Positions 24,869-39,378 of a stretch of DNA of 64,000 bases are shown piece by piece (within the stretch, counting starts at the first letter, position 1; every line of letters starts with the position of its first letter). The notes beneath the pieces were generated by a model. That model was not told the origin of the DNA, ran no database searches, and worked only from the letters and a program-made list of their open reading frames with translations. A program made the position numbers and the translations under genes. Source of the DNA: Saccostrea echinata (taxonomy: Eukaryota); contig NW_026889758.1 in NCBI RefSeq assembly GCF_033153115.1, forward strand, positions 50,530,001-50,594,000, given 5' to 3'.

Positions 24869-27800
24869 CTTCCAAGAATTCGTGAAAAATTAATGGCATC
24901 ATTAAAAAATCTTCTTCTCAAGAACCACTGTGCTTGAAAACATGAAACTTATGTGGAAGCATCCTCAGGTAGTGTAGATTCAAGTTTGTTCAAATCATGA
25001 CCCCCGGGGCTAGGGTGGGGCCGCAATGGGCGATCGAAGTTTTACATAGGAAATATACAGGAAAAATCTTTAAAAATCTTCTTCTCAAGAACAGCAAAGC
25101 CATAATTGGTCATATTTATATGGTAGCATCCTCAGATAGTGTACATTCAAGTTTGTTCAAATCATGACCCCCGGGGGTCGGGTGGGGCCACAATGGGAGA
25201 TCAAAGTTTTACATAGGAATATATAGGAAAAATCTTCAAAAATCTTCTTCTCAAGAACAGCAAAGCCATGATTGGTCATATTTACTTGGAAGCATCTTCA
25301 GGTAGTGTAGATTCAAGTTTGTTCAAATCATGACCCCCGGGGGTAGGGTGGGGCCACAATGGGCGATCAAAGTTTTACATAGGAATATATAGGAAAAATC
25401 TTTAAAAATCTTCTTCTCAAGAACAACAAAGCCATAATTGGTCATATTTACATGGAAGCATCCTCAGGTAGTGTAGATTCAAATTTCTTCAAATCATGAC
25501 CCCCGGGGGTCGGGTGGGACCACAATGGGCGATCAAAGTTTTACATAGGAATATATAGGAAAAATCTTCTTCTCAAGAACAGCAAAGCCATGATTGGTCA
25601 TATTTATATGGTAGCATCCTCAGATAGTGTACATTCAAATTTGTTCAAATCATGACCCCCGGGGATCGGGTGGGGCCACAATGGGAGATCAAAGTTTTAC
25701 ATAGGAACACATAGTAAAAATCTTCTTCTCAAGAACAGCAAAGCCATGATTGGTCATATTTATATGGTAGCATCCTCAGATAGTGTACATTCAAATTTGT
25801 TCAAATCATGACCCCCGGGGGTCGGGTGGGGCCACAATGGGCGATCAAAGTTTTACATAGGAACACATAGTAAAAATTCTAAAAAAAAAAAAAAAAAAAA
25901 TAATTTGTTAAGAATAGCAAAGCCATGATTGGTCATATTTATATGGTAGCATCCTCAGATAGTGTACATACAAATTTGTTCGAATCATGACCCCCGGGGG
26001 TAGGGTGGGGCCACAATGGGCGATCAAAGTTTTACATTGGAACACATAGTAAAAATCTTAAAAAAAAAACAATTTGTTAAGAATAGCAAAGCCATGATTG
26101 GTCATATTTATATGGAAGCATTCTTAGATAGTGTACATTCAAGTTTGTTCAAACATGACCCCTGGGGATCGGGTGGGGCCACAATGGGTGATCAAAGTTT
26201 TACATAGGAATACATAGGTTAAATCTTTAAAAATCTTCTACTCGAGAACAGCAAAGCCATGATTGGTCACATTTAAATGGAAGCATCCTCAGATAATGTA
26301 GATTCAAATTTGTTCAATTCCTGACACCCCCCCCCCCCCAACCACTTTTATATTTAAACTTTTCAACCTTTCAAGATTGAAATGATTTCTGCTTTTTCCT
26401 AGCCATAGTGCTCAGGTGAGCGATGTGGCCCCTGGGCCTCTTGTTTGAGCAGATCTATTTCCAAGTAACTATAAGTCCTTCTTAAACAAAACTTGCATGG
26501 ATAGTGATCTTGGGATGTACCCTAACTAGAAAAAAATATGATGTGAAAGTTGCCTTACTTATAGATAACATTCATCGAGGTGAGCTTCATAATCTTTGAT
26601 TACCTATGTTACGTATTGTCAAAATATAAAATTCATGTCATGAATACAATCGTTTTACTGATATTAAAATTGGAGCTGTTGACTGGCAATCACAGTCAGT
26701 CACGATGTCAATCACTCAATCGGCATGCAGTAGTGGTTTTCATAATGAAATACTGTATATGTATTATTTTTTGTTTTCATTTAAATAAATACACATTATT
26801 TTTAAAAAAAAAAATAAGGAATACCTTACTGAAAAAGAATTTTGAAGAAAATAGAATGAAACTTTAACTTTACTAATACCTTGAAAATATGGAAAGAATC
26901 TGAATCTTACATGTAAATTAATGTCAAATTTTACTATGTACTTAAATAATGAATGCATATTATGCTAGAAATGAAGTAACTTTTTTCAGTTGAGAAAATG
27001 TAGATTGTGCACTTAATGTGCACTTAAATTTTAATGCTAGATATTCATATGCCTTGACTGCAACTGGAAATCAGCACACTGCATACGTTAAGAAGTCTCT
27101 CTGGACTTGAAATTTCCCCTTAATTTCTCCAACAATTATGCTCTAATTTTATGTCGTTTAAGAAAAAGGTGGGGCAAGCATATTTTTTGGTAGGAAAGTA
27201 ATTTTATGATCAGGTCGGGTACACTACCTTTTATGGAAGGCACTTTTCAACACGTGACAAAGTTTTCGTCAAACCCATTCTCCAATCAGTTGAATTAGTC
27301 GCAAAGCATGACGGTCTACTACGTGTTTACGATTCACTAGCGACAGGTGTTTTCGTCGGTTTACTGCATAATATAATTTACTTGGTCACCGGAAAAAACA
27401 TACAACTTCTTTTTATACGTCCGTCTATAGACGGGACGTATTATGTAATGGCGTTCATGTCCGTCCGTCTGTCTGTCTGTTAGCTTTTCTCGTGCTCATA
27501 ACTTTAATACTATTAGGCATAGGATTATAAAACTTTGTCAGCTGATACTTCTTGGGTAGAAGGTGTGTCACACACTAAAAGTAGGTTGCTCTGACCTTTA
27601 ATGAAGATGCTATTGCCAAATATGGAAAAATCCTGTCCGGCTCATATCTAGAAAACTCTTGTACTTAGAATCATCAAACTTGGCCAATTTATGCATCTTA
27701 GGTAGAAGGTGTGTTGCGACCTATTTCAAGGTCACTGTGACCTTTAATTTAAGTGAAATTTTAAAAAAAAATTGTCTTTATACTATTGAATTACACAATA

Positions 27801-30726
27801 CCAAAAAATGTAAGAGTTTTGCAGTATCCTTCTTAAAAAAATGTTTAATCAAGAAAATACTTATTTTTTTCATTATATACTTTACAGCAATCTATAACAA
27901 AGGTAATGCTACAAGGAAAATTCCACCTCTCCCATGGGTGTAATTATCAAGCACTGGTCAAAGAGAATTTGATAACAGAAAATTGCATGTCAAATTAGAG
28001 AGAAATTAATGAGTTTAGTGTGAGGAGCTAACTGGTAGAGCATCTCTGATCAAGCAGGTGTTATCTATATCTCTTGGGAACTGGGCAAAAAGAATCAGTT
28101 GTGTTGGATTAAATAGTTGGCTAGCCTAACTTTTAAAATGAATTTGGTGAAAAGTAATTAAAACTTATTTGATATTGTGTAATAAATTAATTTGATATTG
28201 TATAATAAACTAATTTGATATTGTATAATATAATTAAAACTAATAAGACTCGGGGGGGGGGGGGGGGGGGATATTGGAATCAGCATGCCTGTTATCCATA
28301 TGAATTGCAGCTTAAAAACGGGCTGACATTAAATCTAAAAAAAAAAGTATTTAAAAAAAATGTTTTAAGTATGGTAGATAGTCCCTACAAATCTAAGAGT
28401 AATGCAGGAACCTTATTAAAAATACTGCATCAAGATTGCACAATTTTTTTTTTTTTTTTTTTTTATCTTTGTAACAAATTTAAAAAAAAATCTTTGTTTA
28501 AAACTTCAATTTCAGAATGACATAAATATGCATTTTTATTGCACTACAAAGCAGATAGTATGTATAGATCCATTCATCCGTTGGGAGTAATGAGTGTATG
28601 TGCATCCAGTTAAAAATTAATTAATGAGTTCAGTGTAGGAAGGCTAGCTGTCTCAATCATTTCCGTTAGAGGATCTCTGATCAAGCAGCTCTTATCTGTA
28701 TCCAGTGGGAATTAGACAGAAGAACTGCTTGTCAGTTTATAGCATATGTCATTTGATGGCCAGCCTTTTATTTTTAATATTAATTTGATATAGATTAAGT
28801 TGTTAAAACTAAATTGATATTGTTTAATATGATATTTTTATTTAATTTTTTGAAAATATCAACTAATTCAGAGCATTATGTCTCACAAATCTGAAAGCTG
28901 GGGGGGGGGGGGGGGGGGGGCTGCAGATGGGCATTTGTCAAGCTCTAACACAACCAGTTGAAGATCTATGTAATATTTGTTATAATTAATGCCTACACCA
29001 CAGGAGATGTATAAACAAATATTATACGGAATGGAAAAATTGTTGAAATCCTTGTATCAAGGTTGACATGATTTTCTTGCACTCTAAACTGTTTATGACA
29101 ATTGAACAATATTTGACGGGCATATCATGCTGTGGCGGGGCACTTTATTTACTTTATAAGGCTGAAGTTGAAAGATTATATTCCAAAGACACTGTTCCTT
29201 GCTCACATTTGATATTTGTCAATGAGTTGTTTTAGATGATTAATAGTTGCTTGATATACCGTACAAAAGCTTTGAGGTTTGAGTGTACATAAACACGTTT
29301 TGATGATATTGAGGAGTTAAATAATAATTGTGCACCTTGTACTGCTGTCTAAAAACAATGTACATGTATATCACGTGAAAAAAACATTGTCAGTGCTTTA
29401 TCGACACAATAGCACCTACGTCTCTTTGAACAATGGTTTACGCCGATGTATTACAAGTTGATATAAGGCTTCACAAAGGAAATTTTGTAAATGTGAGCAT
29501 AGAAATGAAAGATTATACATCATTTTCAATATTTCTTTCATGAAAATCAAAAAAGAATTGAAAATGAGTTTCCAAGGAACAATTCAAGTTGCCCTTCATT
29601 TTCAACACTTGATACGTGTAGAAGCCCATAATGCACTGCGACTCATTCAACAGTCTGTAAAGTAAACAGATAGCTAATTTACATGCAAATTTATGCTGAC
29701 GTCAGAAAATCTAGTGGTCTCGACCTGATGATGGTAACCTGTCCGAGGGCAAGTACTGCGAAATTCCATTTGTCTACCCCTGAATGTAAATCCATTTGTC
29801 CATTGGGAGTAATGAGTGGACATGCATCCAGTTAAAGATTAATTAACGAGTCCAATGAACAGCCTTTTATTTTTAAAATGAATTTGGTATAAAGTTATCA
29901 AGATTAATTAGATATTGTATAATTTTTTTTTCACCAAACAAATTGCAGAGTGTCATGTCTCACGAAGAGGACAAATAGTTGCAATTTATTTTTGTCTATT
30001 TTGGACAGCTCACTTAATCTGGGTTACTCATATAAAGCCATTTTAACAAAAATCAACATATGTATGTTATAAGAATTTATAAAGTTTATATACATCATGT
30101 ACATGTGTCTAAAACTAGCAACAGTACAGAAGAATTTCATGTCATAATATTAGGAATTTTCTTAATTTCTTGAAATTTAGAAATTCTAAAATATGAATGG
30201 AAGGTATAATTTTTTCTTTTTTCATTTAAAGGTCAAGAGAAAGTTTCAGCTACCTAATATGAAAGTGTGCAATCATACTGTAGCAGAAAAGATAGTCAAC
30301 CCAATAAGAATGGAGAACCTAGCAGAATCCTGCAAAGTCTTGGCAACACAAATTAAGGTATTGATTTGTCAATTACAAACAATTTTATAAGAAAGAAACT
30401 TTTCAATTGCTTGACAGTGCATATTAAATTTCTCTATTTAAATAATCATAATTTTTTATGGAGTTAGTATAAACTTTAAAAAAAGGTGAAATGGAAGGAA
30501 ATAGCTTATTCTCAAAATAAAAATTTTAAATGAACCCTTTTTTATGTCAAGAGATATTTTTAAAAAAAGATTTAGTTATTTTTTTAGTATAATCCTATAA
30601 ATTTTGTAGTTTTGCACATTCTTCAAGTAATGAAAAATTTATAAACTATAAGAAAATTGGATTCAAAATATCATATCTTCATAAACTGTGGAACTTGATG
30701 CAATGCAGTGTGCATTGCAGGAGGAG

Positions 30727-30793
<67 letters not shown>

Positions 30794-31071
30794 TTCTTTT
30801 TAATGAATAAAGCTTTGTATGAATAAAGCTCTACTTCTCATACATGCAGATTTCACATTTTCCTACATTGCACCATTGCTCACATTTATTTCTTTAAATA
30901 TTTCAGACTGTTCCCAATGCCCTTATTAAAACAGAAAGACTAAAGAAATCAACAGAAATGTTTGAGAACCACAAAATGACTCTACCCAATGGTGTTTTGT
31001 TTAATGACAGTGAAGTGATTCCTCATGAGGACTCCTCCCTTCAGAGCAAACTCCTTGTACAGTTGCAGTAG
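18447..31071 (+). CDS. NSL1: Kinetochore-associated protein NSL1 homolog (MIS12 complex, Mis14), 5 exons, ~224 aa
   Basis: Exons 18447-18590, 18775-18853, 19083-19243, 30232-30357 and 30907-31071 join in frame: MAERIQCRSRR...LKSNIVIDGVGWEE...VDDSIIRVSSRRKKYPSKL...RMENLAESCKVLATQIKTVPNALIKTERL. This matches vertebrate NSL1 RVRCTSKR / ENISINGQAWQE / FDEIIVDIATKRKQYPRKI / HMENL...SLPALIEQ. Confidence 0.85.
19395..20589 (+). mobile_element. HINE/Helentron-type non-autonomous element with ~157-bp internal tandem array (~7 units)
   Basis: 5' TTTATACCCCCG + hairpin + (GTCT/GTCC)n microsatellite; units recur at 19490, 19647, 19802, 19959, 20116, 20276 and 20376 (the 20276 unit is internally deleted); 3' sub-terminal inverted CGGGGGTAT and stem-loop GTGAGC-ATTG-GCTCAC followed by CTTGTT. 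Confidence 0.9.
20999..22143. mobile_element. Non-autonomous DNA transposon with ~60-bp TIRs
   Basis: CACAGGGTTCTCCACATTTGAAAATTTAACCAGGGAGGAAGCTGCGC... is inverted at ...GCGCAGCTTCCTCCATGGTTAAATTTTCAAATGTGGAGAACCCTGTG; TA on the right flank, AA on the left. Confidence 0.85.
23271..23586. mobile_element. 316-bp MITE with 15-bp TIRs and 6-bp TSD (hAT6-like)
   Basis: GATGCT|CAGGGGCTGACAAAT ... ATTTGTCAGCCCCTG|GATGCT; it interrupts one 146-bp unit whose neighbours show the empty site CGGATGCTGGATC. Confidence 0.92.
24661..26445 (+). mobile_element. HINE/Helitron-N-type element carrying a Cg170-like ~166-bp satellite array (~9 units)
   Basis: 5' TTTTTAGCTCACCTGAGCCGAAGGCTCAAGTGAGC + (GTCC/GTCT)n; units with AAATCATGACCCCCGGGG...GGTGGGGCCACAATGGG at 24994, 25161, 25327, 25493, 25649, 25805, 25984 and 26152; 3' CTCAGGTGAGCGATGTGGCCCCTGGGCCTCTTGTT. 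It is inserted in the T-run of a 146-bp unit. Confidence 0.92.
27410..29150 (+). mobile_element. HINE/Helentron-type element with diverged internal repeats
   Basis: 5' TTTTTATACGTCCGTCTATAGACGGGACGTA hairpin + (GTCC/GTCT)n; 3' sub-terminal inverted GACGGGCATAT and terminal GC-rich stem then TTTATTT. Internal duplicated blocks at ~28000-28240 and ~28615-28830. Confidence 0.7.
30730..30787. repeat. (TA)n microsatellite
   Basis: Perfect TA run in NSL1 intron 4. Confidence 0.98.
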
Positions 31072-33008
31072 GAGAATGTTGTTGGTGTTACCTAGGTCCC
31101 ATGTTGAATAGTCTGTTATTTACTGGTTTTGTTTTAACATTGTTTTTTTTTTTTTTTTTTTACTAGTATTTTAAAGTCACTAGTGCGTTATTTTTGTGGG
31201 TGCCCTATATGAACCATGCTGTCTGTCTCTCTGTCTGCAAGTTGTTTATTTTGAAGTTAAGGTCATGAATGAAGGATGAAGTTTGCATTCACAGAAGGGT
31301 GGATTTTTATGATGTCCATACTATATTGTGGTAAAAATATACATTTTATTGAAATAAAATTTTCACGAAGAAAGAGTTTAAAAAAAATCTTTTTCTTAAT
31401 TGCTGCTATGTAATATGTTTATTGTGTAAAATGATTTATAAATTCAAGGAAACTATTTATTTTAACAGGCACAGTAATAATAGCTTCATTCTATCGTTGC
31501 TGACAATGTTCTTATTGTAATCTTAAAATATAAAGGTTGTAAACTATAAAAAAGAAACAGTAGAACAATAAATTCCCTGGGATTAATTATCTTGTCTGCA
31601 GTAAAAAACCTGGTACCTAATCTTTATCTGTCACATTAAGATTACTTAACACCTGTTTGAAAGTGATTTTTGTTTTAAAGTTAAGGTCAAGTCTATGTGA
31701 TGTTTGCATTCACCAAGAGCTGACATGGTTTATTCTGATTTAAATACACATTTAAACCAGATGATGTTTTTTACTGTCTTATATGAATACAAGGATACTA
31801 TTAATTCCTAACAGGTAATTGGATAATCTCATTTGTCATTCAGGAAGTATATCCAAATTTTATAAATACAGTTGCTATTTCATATTCTTCATATATTTTT
31901 AAATTTCCTTTTAAATTTTTTCCCCAAGTCAAATTCTCATCTTAGATTTCTATCCCTCTGTGGGGTCCTTGCTGACTGGTCATTTTTCTTGTTAAGAGAG
32001 AGAAATTATTTACCTTAAGCTTTTTTAAATGTATATATGTAGTATTATATCAGTGTTGCTGATATTTTGTTATGTTTTGTATAATTTTGTGTCTTTCTGT
32101 ACTCATTGCAAATGAAGTATAGCATAAAATGTATAAAATTATACAGATTCTGTAGAATTGTTAATGCTTGTTTAAGATGCATTATAAGGCTACTGATACC
32201 TATTGTGTTAAATCTTATTTTCTTTAACTTATATTTATCAGATAAGTTTTCCCACTTTTTGGTATTTCATTATTGGTTCAGCAGCAGTAGCACCTTCTTC
32301 CACCTGTTTACACGCAAGGTTGTAGGTGGGGTGAATGTATGACTCACCTTAATTTCAACTTTAAAAAAAAAAAAATTAGAAAGTAAGAATTGGTAGACTT
32401 TGCAAAGAACATGCAATGCTGTTTTTATTTTTAAGCAAGACTCTGTTTGCCTTTCAACAGTACATTTTATGTCAAGAATTTACATGTGCATTATATCCAA
32501 GGAAAATTTTCCTTGTTCTTTATTAAGGCTTAGTGCATGTAAATTGGAATGTCATGCTTTATCACAGTTGCAGTGTCCATTCCTTTGTAACAGTGTCTAG
32601 GCATCAAAAATGCTTTAAATATATTATTGGTGATGTAAACATATGTATACCTTGGTAGTTATACAAAGATTTTATACAATGTAAATATGAAGTATAAACA
32701 TTTGAAATAGTGATCAGAAAATGTAAATGTTTTGCATGTACTATTGCACGATTGATATTATAACAAATGTCAAAAAAACAAAAAACAAACAAATGTCAAT
32801 GTACATTATCACAGTAAAGCTATAAGCACACTTTCAATCATGTTGACCTTGTTTTATTCTTTCCAAGTTGGAGATATGCAGAGGGGTTTTTTTCACAGTC
32901 CACAGGAGAGGTAACACTGCCAACAACTCGAGCAGAAGAGTTGCTTGGTCCCTCCATCCTAGCCTACGGACCATGTTCCTTTTTGTAATCTTCTACAGAT
33001 TGTTATTC

Positions 33009-36023
<3,015 letters not shown>

Positions 36024-37364
36024 TTCGGCGGTTTTAATTTTTTGTTGTTAAATGCCACACGACGGTTTGTTTATATACTATGTACATACATGAAGACTAA
36101 AACACGCTGGAAGTATTGAGTTGTTCTATCACATCTATATTTAGACAGCAATGAATCATTCAAACGCTAGTTCGTCTAATATACTAGTAGATATTAAATA
36201 AATATTAAATTGTTATAACTAAGAGGAGAGTGTATATATAACGGGGGATGATGATTTCAGTGAAAAGGTTTTACCACAGGCTTCTGACGTGTGGACGGTT
36301 TATCCTTCCCCCTCACACACATAGGCACGTAGTATCAAGGGGTGGATGAAATTAAAGGCCTGCCCCCTTTCCCACTTTTACTGCATTTTAGTCAAGTCAT
36401 CCCTTGGTAGCGAATTAATAAAAGTTATTTGTGAACCTACAACACCCTCCCAACCACTACCACCACCACGAAATAGGATAATTTACCCTTTTTTTATTTT
36501 GCTTGTCAAAGATTTTCAGGTATATTGTCAACTCATTTTTGTGGTTGCCTCTTTCAAAAACATTACTACGTGCCTGACACACGCATTAACACATCAGAGA
36601 ATTTGTAAAAGACACGACGCCTTATCAAAAACGCACATACTAGCATATCATACCTACATTTTTTGATATCATTTTCCATTATTTATGTTTTAGAGATTGT
36701 CACTCCATTGATAGTGAAAATACGATTTTACATACGAACAGAGAGGCAGCCTCTACATCGTAGGATATCAGCAGAATGGGGGGGGGGGGGGGTTATACAC
36801 CATCCATTCCATATACCTCAAGTGCCTGTGATTTTAAAAAGCACATTTTTTTGTTCAATTAGAAAAAAACATTACTATATAGTGTGCGTTATTTATTCTA
36901 AACACAAGTCCTGTATCTTTTGATTAACAAAACAGCCATTTTTATTTAACAAAATAGTTTTGTCTAAAAGAGAGCATAAACTGATTAACTCAAAACAGTG
37001 ATGATAAATGCCAAGCTCCAATTTGGTGAAAAGGGAGTTCAAAGAATCTTTTCAAGGAAATATTTCCAAATCCAAATCCTCGTTGTCCATTGCCATGCTA
37101 TATACAAAATTAACATACTTCAGCTGCAACTTCAGTAAATATACTCCAGTTAATATAACTATTTCTTGATTATTAGTAATCCGCTTCATATAAAAATATA
37201 TCCGCCTTTTTGAGTTAACATTTTATCATTTTAATAATGCTTAAGTTCCCACTGAACAAAATAATAAATAAATTATAAGTCACGCTGAAATGTTATTGCG
37301 TATTTTTGAACGTTATGATAAAAAATTCTTTAAAATGATAATTAAAAACGCCAAAACTTCCAGT

Positions 37365-38246
37365 CTAACAAACTGTCATAACTGATAAATGAGATCCTGA
37401 TTTCAATCTCTGCTTTGGGGACAGTGGTTTAAGTCTAACTGGTCGACTTGTGGTTAATATCTCATAACCCATGATTTGCCTTCTTCTGGTTAGCAAACCT
37501 CGATCCAATTCGCCCATCTTGTACACGCTTTCGACGCTTAGTTCGCTACTTGGGAAATGTCCTCGTGTAAGACACCGATTCTTCTCCCACATCTTTGAGA
37601 CAAGGGTCAGGTCTGGTTTGGAGCTGCTCTCTCCATAGAAGTCACTTCCAAGGTTGTGATTCTCGGCAAGACTTTTGTCCATTCGACTTAAATTTCTTTC
37701 ATTCAGTTTTGAGAAACGCCTGTCTTGTTTCTTGTGGCCTCTCCCTCTCTTTGATCGGCTCTGAGAGGAAAACTTGAAAGGATTCCCCAAAGTATGGGGT
37801 CTCACAATGGTGCCGTACGGAGCATTCTCAAACACCGGATCCAATGTTGTATCGAAATTTGAAGCCGATGCATTCGAAAATGGCAGAGATTCGCTTGCAC
37901 TTTCGTAATTTGAAGCACTGGCTGTTGGAACAGAAGTCAAAGTAGTGGTTGAAGTAGCAAGGTTTCTGTTCAGATGTCCTGGAACATCTTCACTTTGAAA
38001 AGTTTTTCTATTAGCATATTTTTTCATTAACCTCATTGCGATTTTATCCTTTTCTGTTTGCATAAGGTCCAGTTCTCGTCTGGTTTCGATGATTTGCTTT
38101 TGCATTTTGTAAAGAATTACATCATATTTTTCCTGAAGCCCGTTCAGATACATCTGTAACCGAGTGTCGGCCATTTTGTTCACCTTAGATACCAAAGAAA
38201 TATCCAGATCATAGGAATCATTGATCAACTTTTTAGAAAGCGTCAT
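37365..38246 (-). CDS. Uncharacterised intronless protein (293 aa) with N-terminal coiled coil, Ser/Thr-rich middle and basic C-terminal half
   Basis: 882-bp open frame in AT-rich DNA, more GC-rich than its flanks, with AAAATG start context; heptad-like LQEKYDVILYKMQKQIIETRRELDLMQTEKDKI. No family recognised. Confidence 0.65.
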   Translation of the reverse strand: MTLSKKLINDSYDLDISLVSKVNKMADTRLQMYLNGLQEKYDVILYKMQKQIIETRRELDLMQTEKDKIAMRLMKKYANRKTFQSEDVPGHLNRNLATSTTTLTSVPTASASNYESASESLPFSNASASNFDTTLDPVFENAPYGTIVRPHTLGNPFKFSSQSRSKRGRGHKKQDRRFSKLNERNLSRMDKSLAENHNLGSDFYGESSSKPDLTLVSKMWEKNRCLTRGHFPSSELSVESVYKMGELDRGLLTRRRQIMGYEILTTSRPVRLKPLSPKQRLKSGSHLSVMTVC

Positions 38247-38664
38247 TTTTTCAAAAAAATAATTTCACTGTCTCGTGCTTGCAGATTGTCAATATCTACA
38301 ATGCAGTTGTTCTCAAATTACCACCTAACTACTGTCATTTGTTTATCAGACATTTGAACTTTCGAAAGACAAAAGATGAATTCAAGCAGATAGTTAATTA
38401 TAGAGGCGTATATAGTTATAAGCTCTGAATACTTGTGTAAAATACTACATGTAGCACTGTGTAGTGGAATAGGACACACAAAAACCCGGTTCATATCATT
38501 TATAAGATCCCAGGCCTCATCAAACAGGCAAAGTGAACTTTTGTATCAAATGTATTTAGTTTATATTGAACATTTAATCGTTTACATACATGTTCATACA
38601 ATTGCATTACCCAATTTAGGTGACCACGTCTTGTTGCACAACTGAAATGAAAAAGTACAGTATC

Positions 38665-39000
38665 TCAGCCAAGCTAACCAAAGCTGAACTATTAATTTCA
38701 GCCAGCCAACCAAAGCTGAACTATTAATTTCAGCCAAAATGATTAAGGCTTGACCGTTTCTGACCTCAGCCAATCTGACCAAAATTTAACTATACTGACC
38801 TCAGCAAAGCTGACCAAGGCTCAACTGCTCCTCACCTCAGTCAAGCTGACCAAGGCTCAGCTTCTCATAGCTGACCAAAGTTAAAGTGCACTTGATCTCT
38901 GCCTAGCTAACCAACGTTTAACTGCTCATGACCTCAATCAGACTGATTATGGCTCAACTTCTGACCTGAACTAAGCTGACCAAAGCTTAACTGCTCCTGG
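38665..39000. repeat. Degenerate ~30-33-bp minisatellite
   Basis: Repeated TGACCTCAGC(C/A)AAGCTGACCAAGGCTCAACTG-like units. Confidence 0.8.
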
Positions 39001-39378
39001 CACCCTTTTTAAAGTTCTGGTATTAACTACTTGTTTAACTAAAGCTTATGCAATTCAGAAGTAATCTACAGTTACAAGGGCAAACATTCATCACTATAGG
39101 TACAAATAAGCAGATTTGATCCTTCCATCCACTGATAAAATAATTTATAAAATGATTTATTTCCTTCGGATATCAAAATGATATACATATATGTACACAA
39201 ATTCATTGAATTCTGACATAAATCTCCAGTATTTTACACATTTAAAATTTTTGTCTTTAATTTAGGATCCACAACACTTTTCCTTTTGTAATGAGGGGTG
39301 TGTACTTTTCCTTCTGTAATGAGGGAAGTGTTAGGAAGAGACAGGAGATGAAGTCACTGTGCGTTAGATCAGACCTCA

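Larger units (their letters stand above)
22791..26610 (+). mobile_element. HINE/Helentron-type element with ~146-bp tandem array (interrupted by two younger elements)
   Basis: 5' TTTTTTAGCTCACCT...GATGAGC + (GGCGTY) repeats; units GTTAAAGTTTTTGGAGCAGGTCCATTCCCAAGTAACTATAAG... recur at 23014, 23159, 23627, 23773 and 23919; 3' inverted AGGTGAGCT at 26578, then hairpin and TGTT. Confidence 0.85.
22467..29782. mobile_element. hAT-like non-autonomous element, expanded to 7.3 kb by nested insertions
   Basis: TIRs CAGGGCTAGACA / TGTCTACCCCTG (11/12 match), TTGCCC/GGGCAAG sub-terminal motifs at both ends, near-TSD AATGA / AATGT. The joined flanks resemble an uninterrupted sequence at 28541-28575. 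Confidence 0.7.

Noticed and set aside
19395-26445. CRISPR-like arrays or repeat-protein genes (ORFs at 19350-20500, 23151-24287, 24669-24902, 26016-26207)
   Set aside because: Units are contiguous tandem monomers without unique spacers, there are no cas genes, and the context is eukaryotic. The ORFs are chance frames through satellites inside an NSL1 intron.
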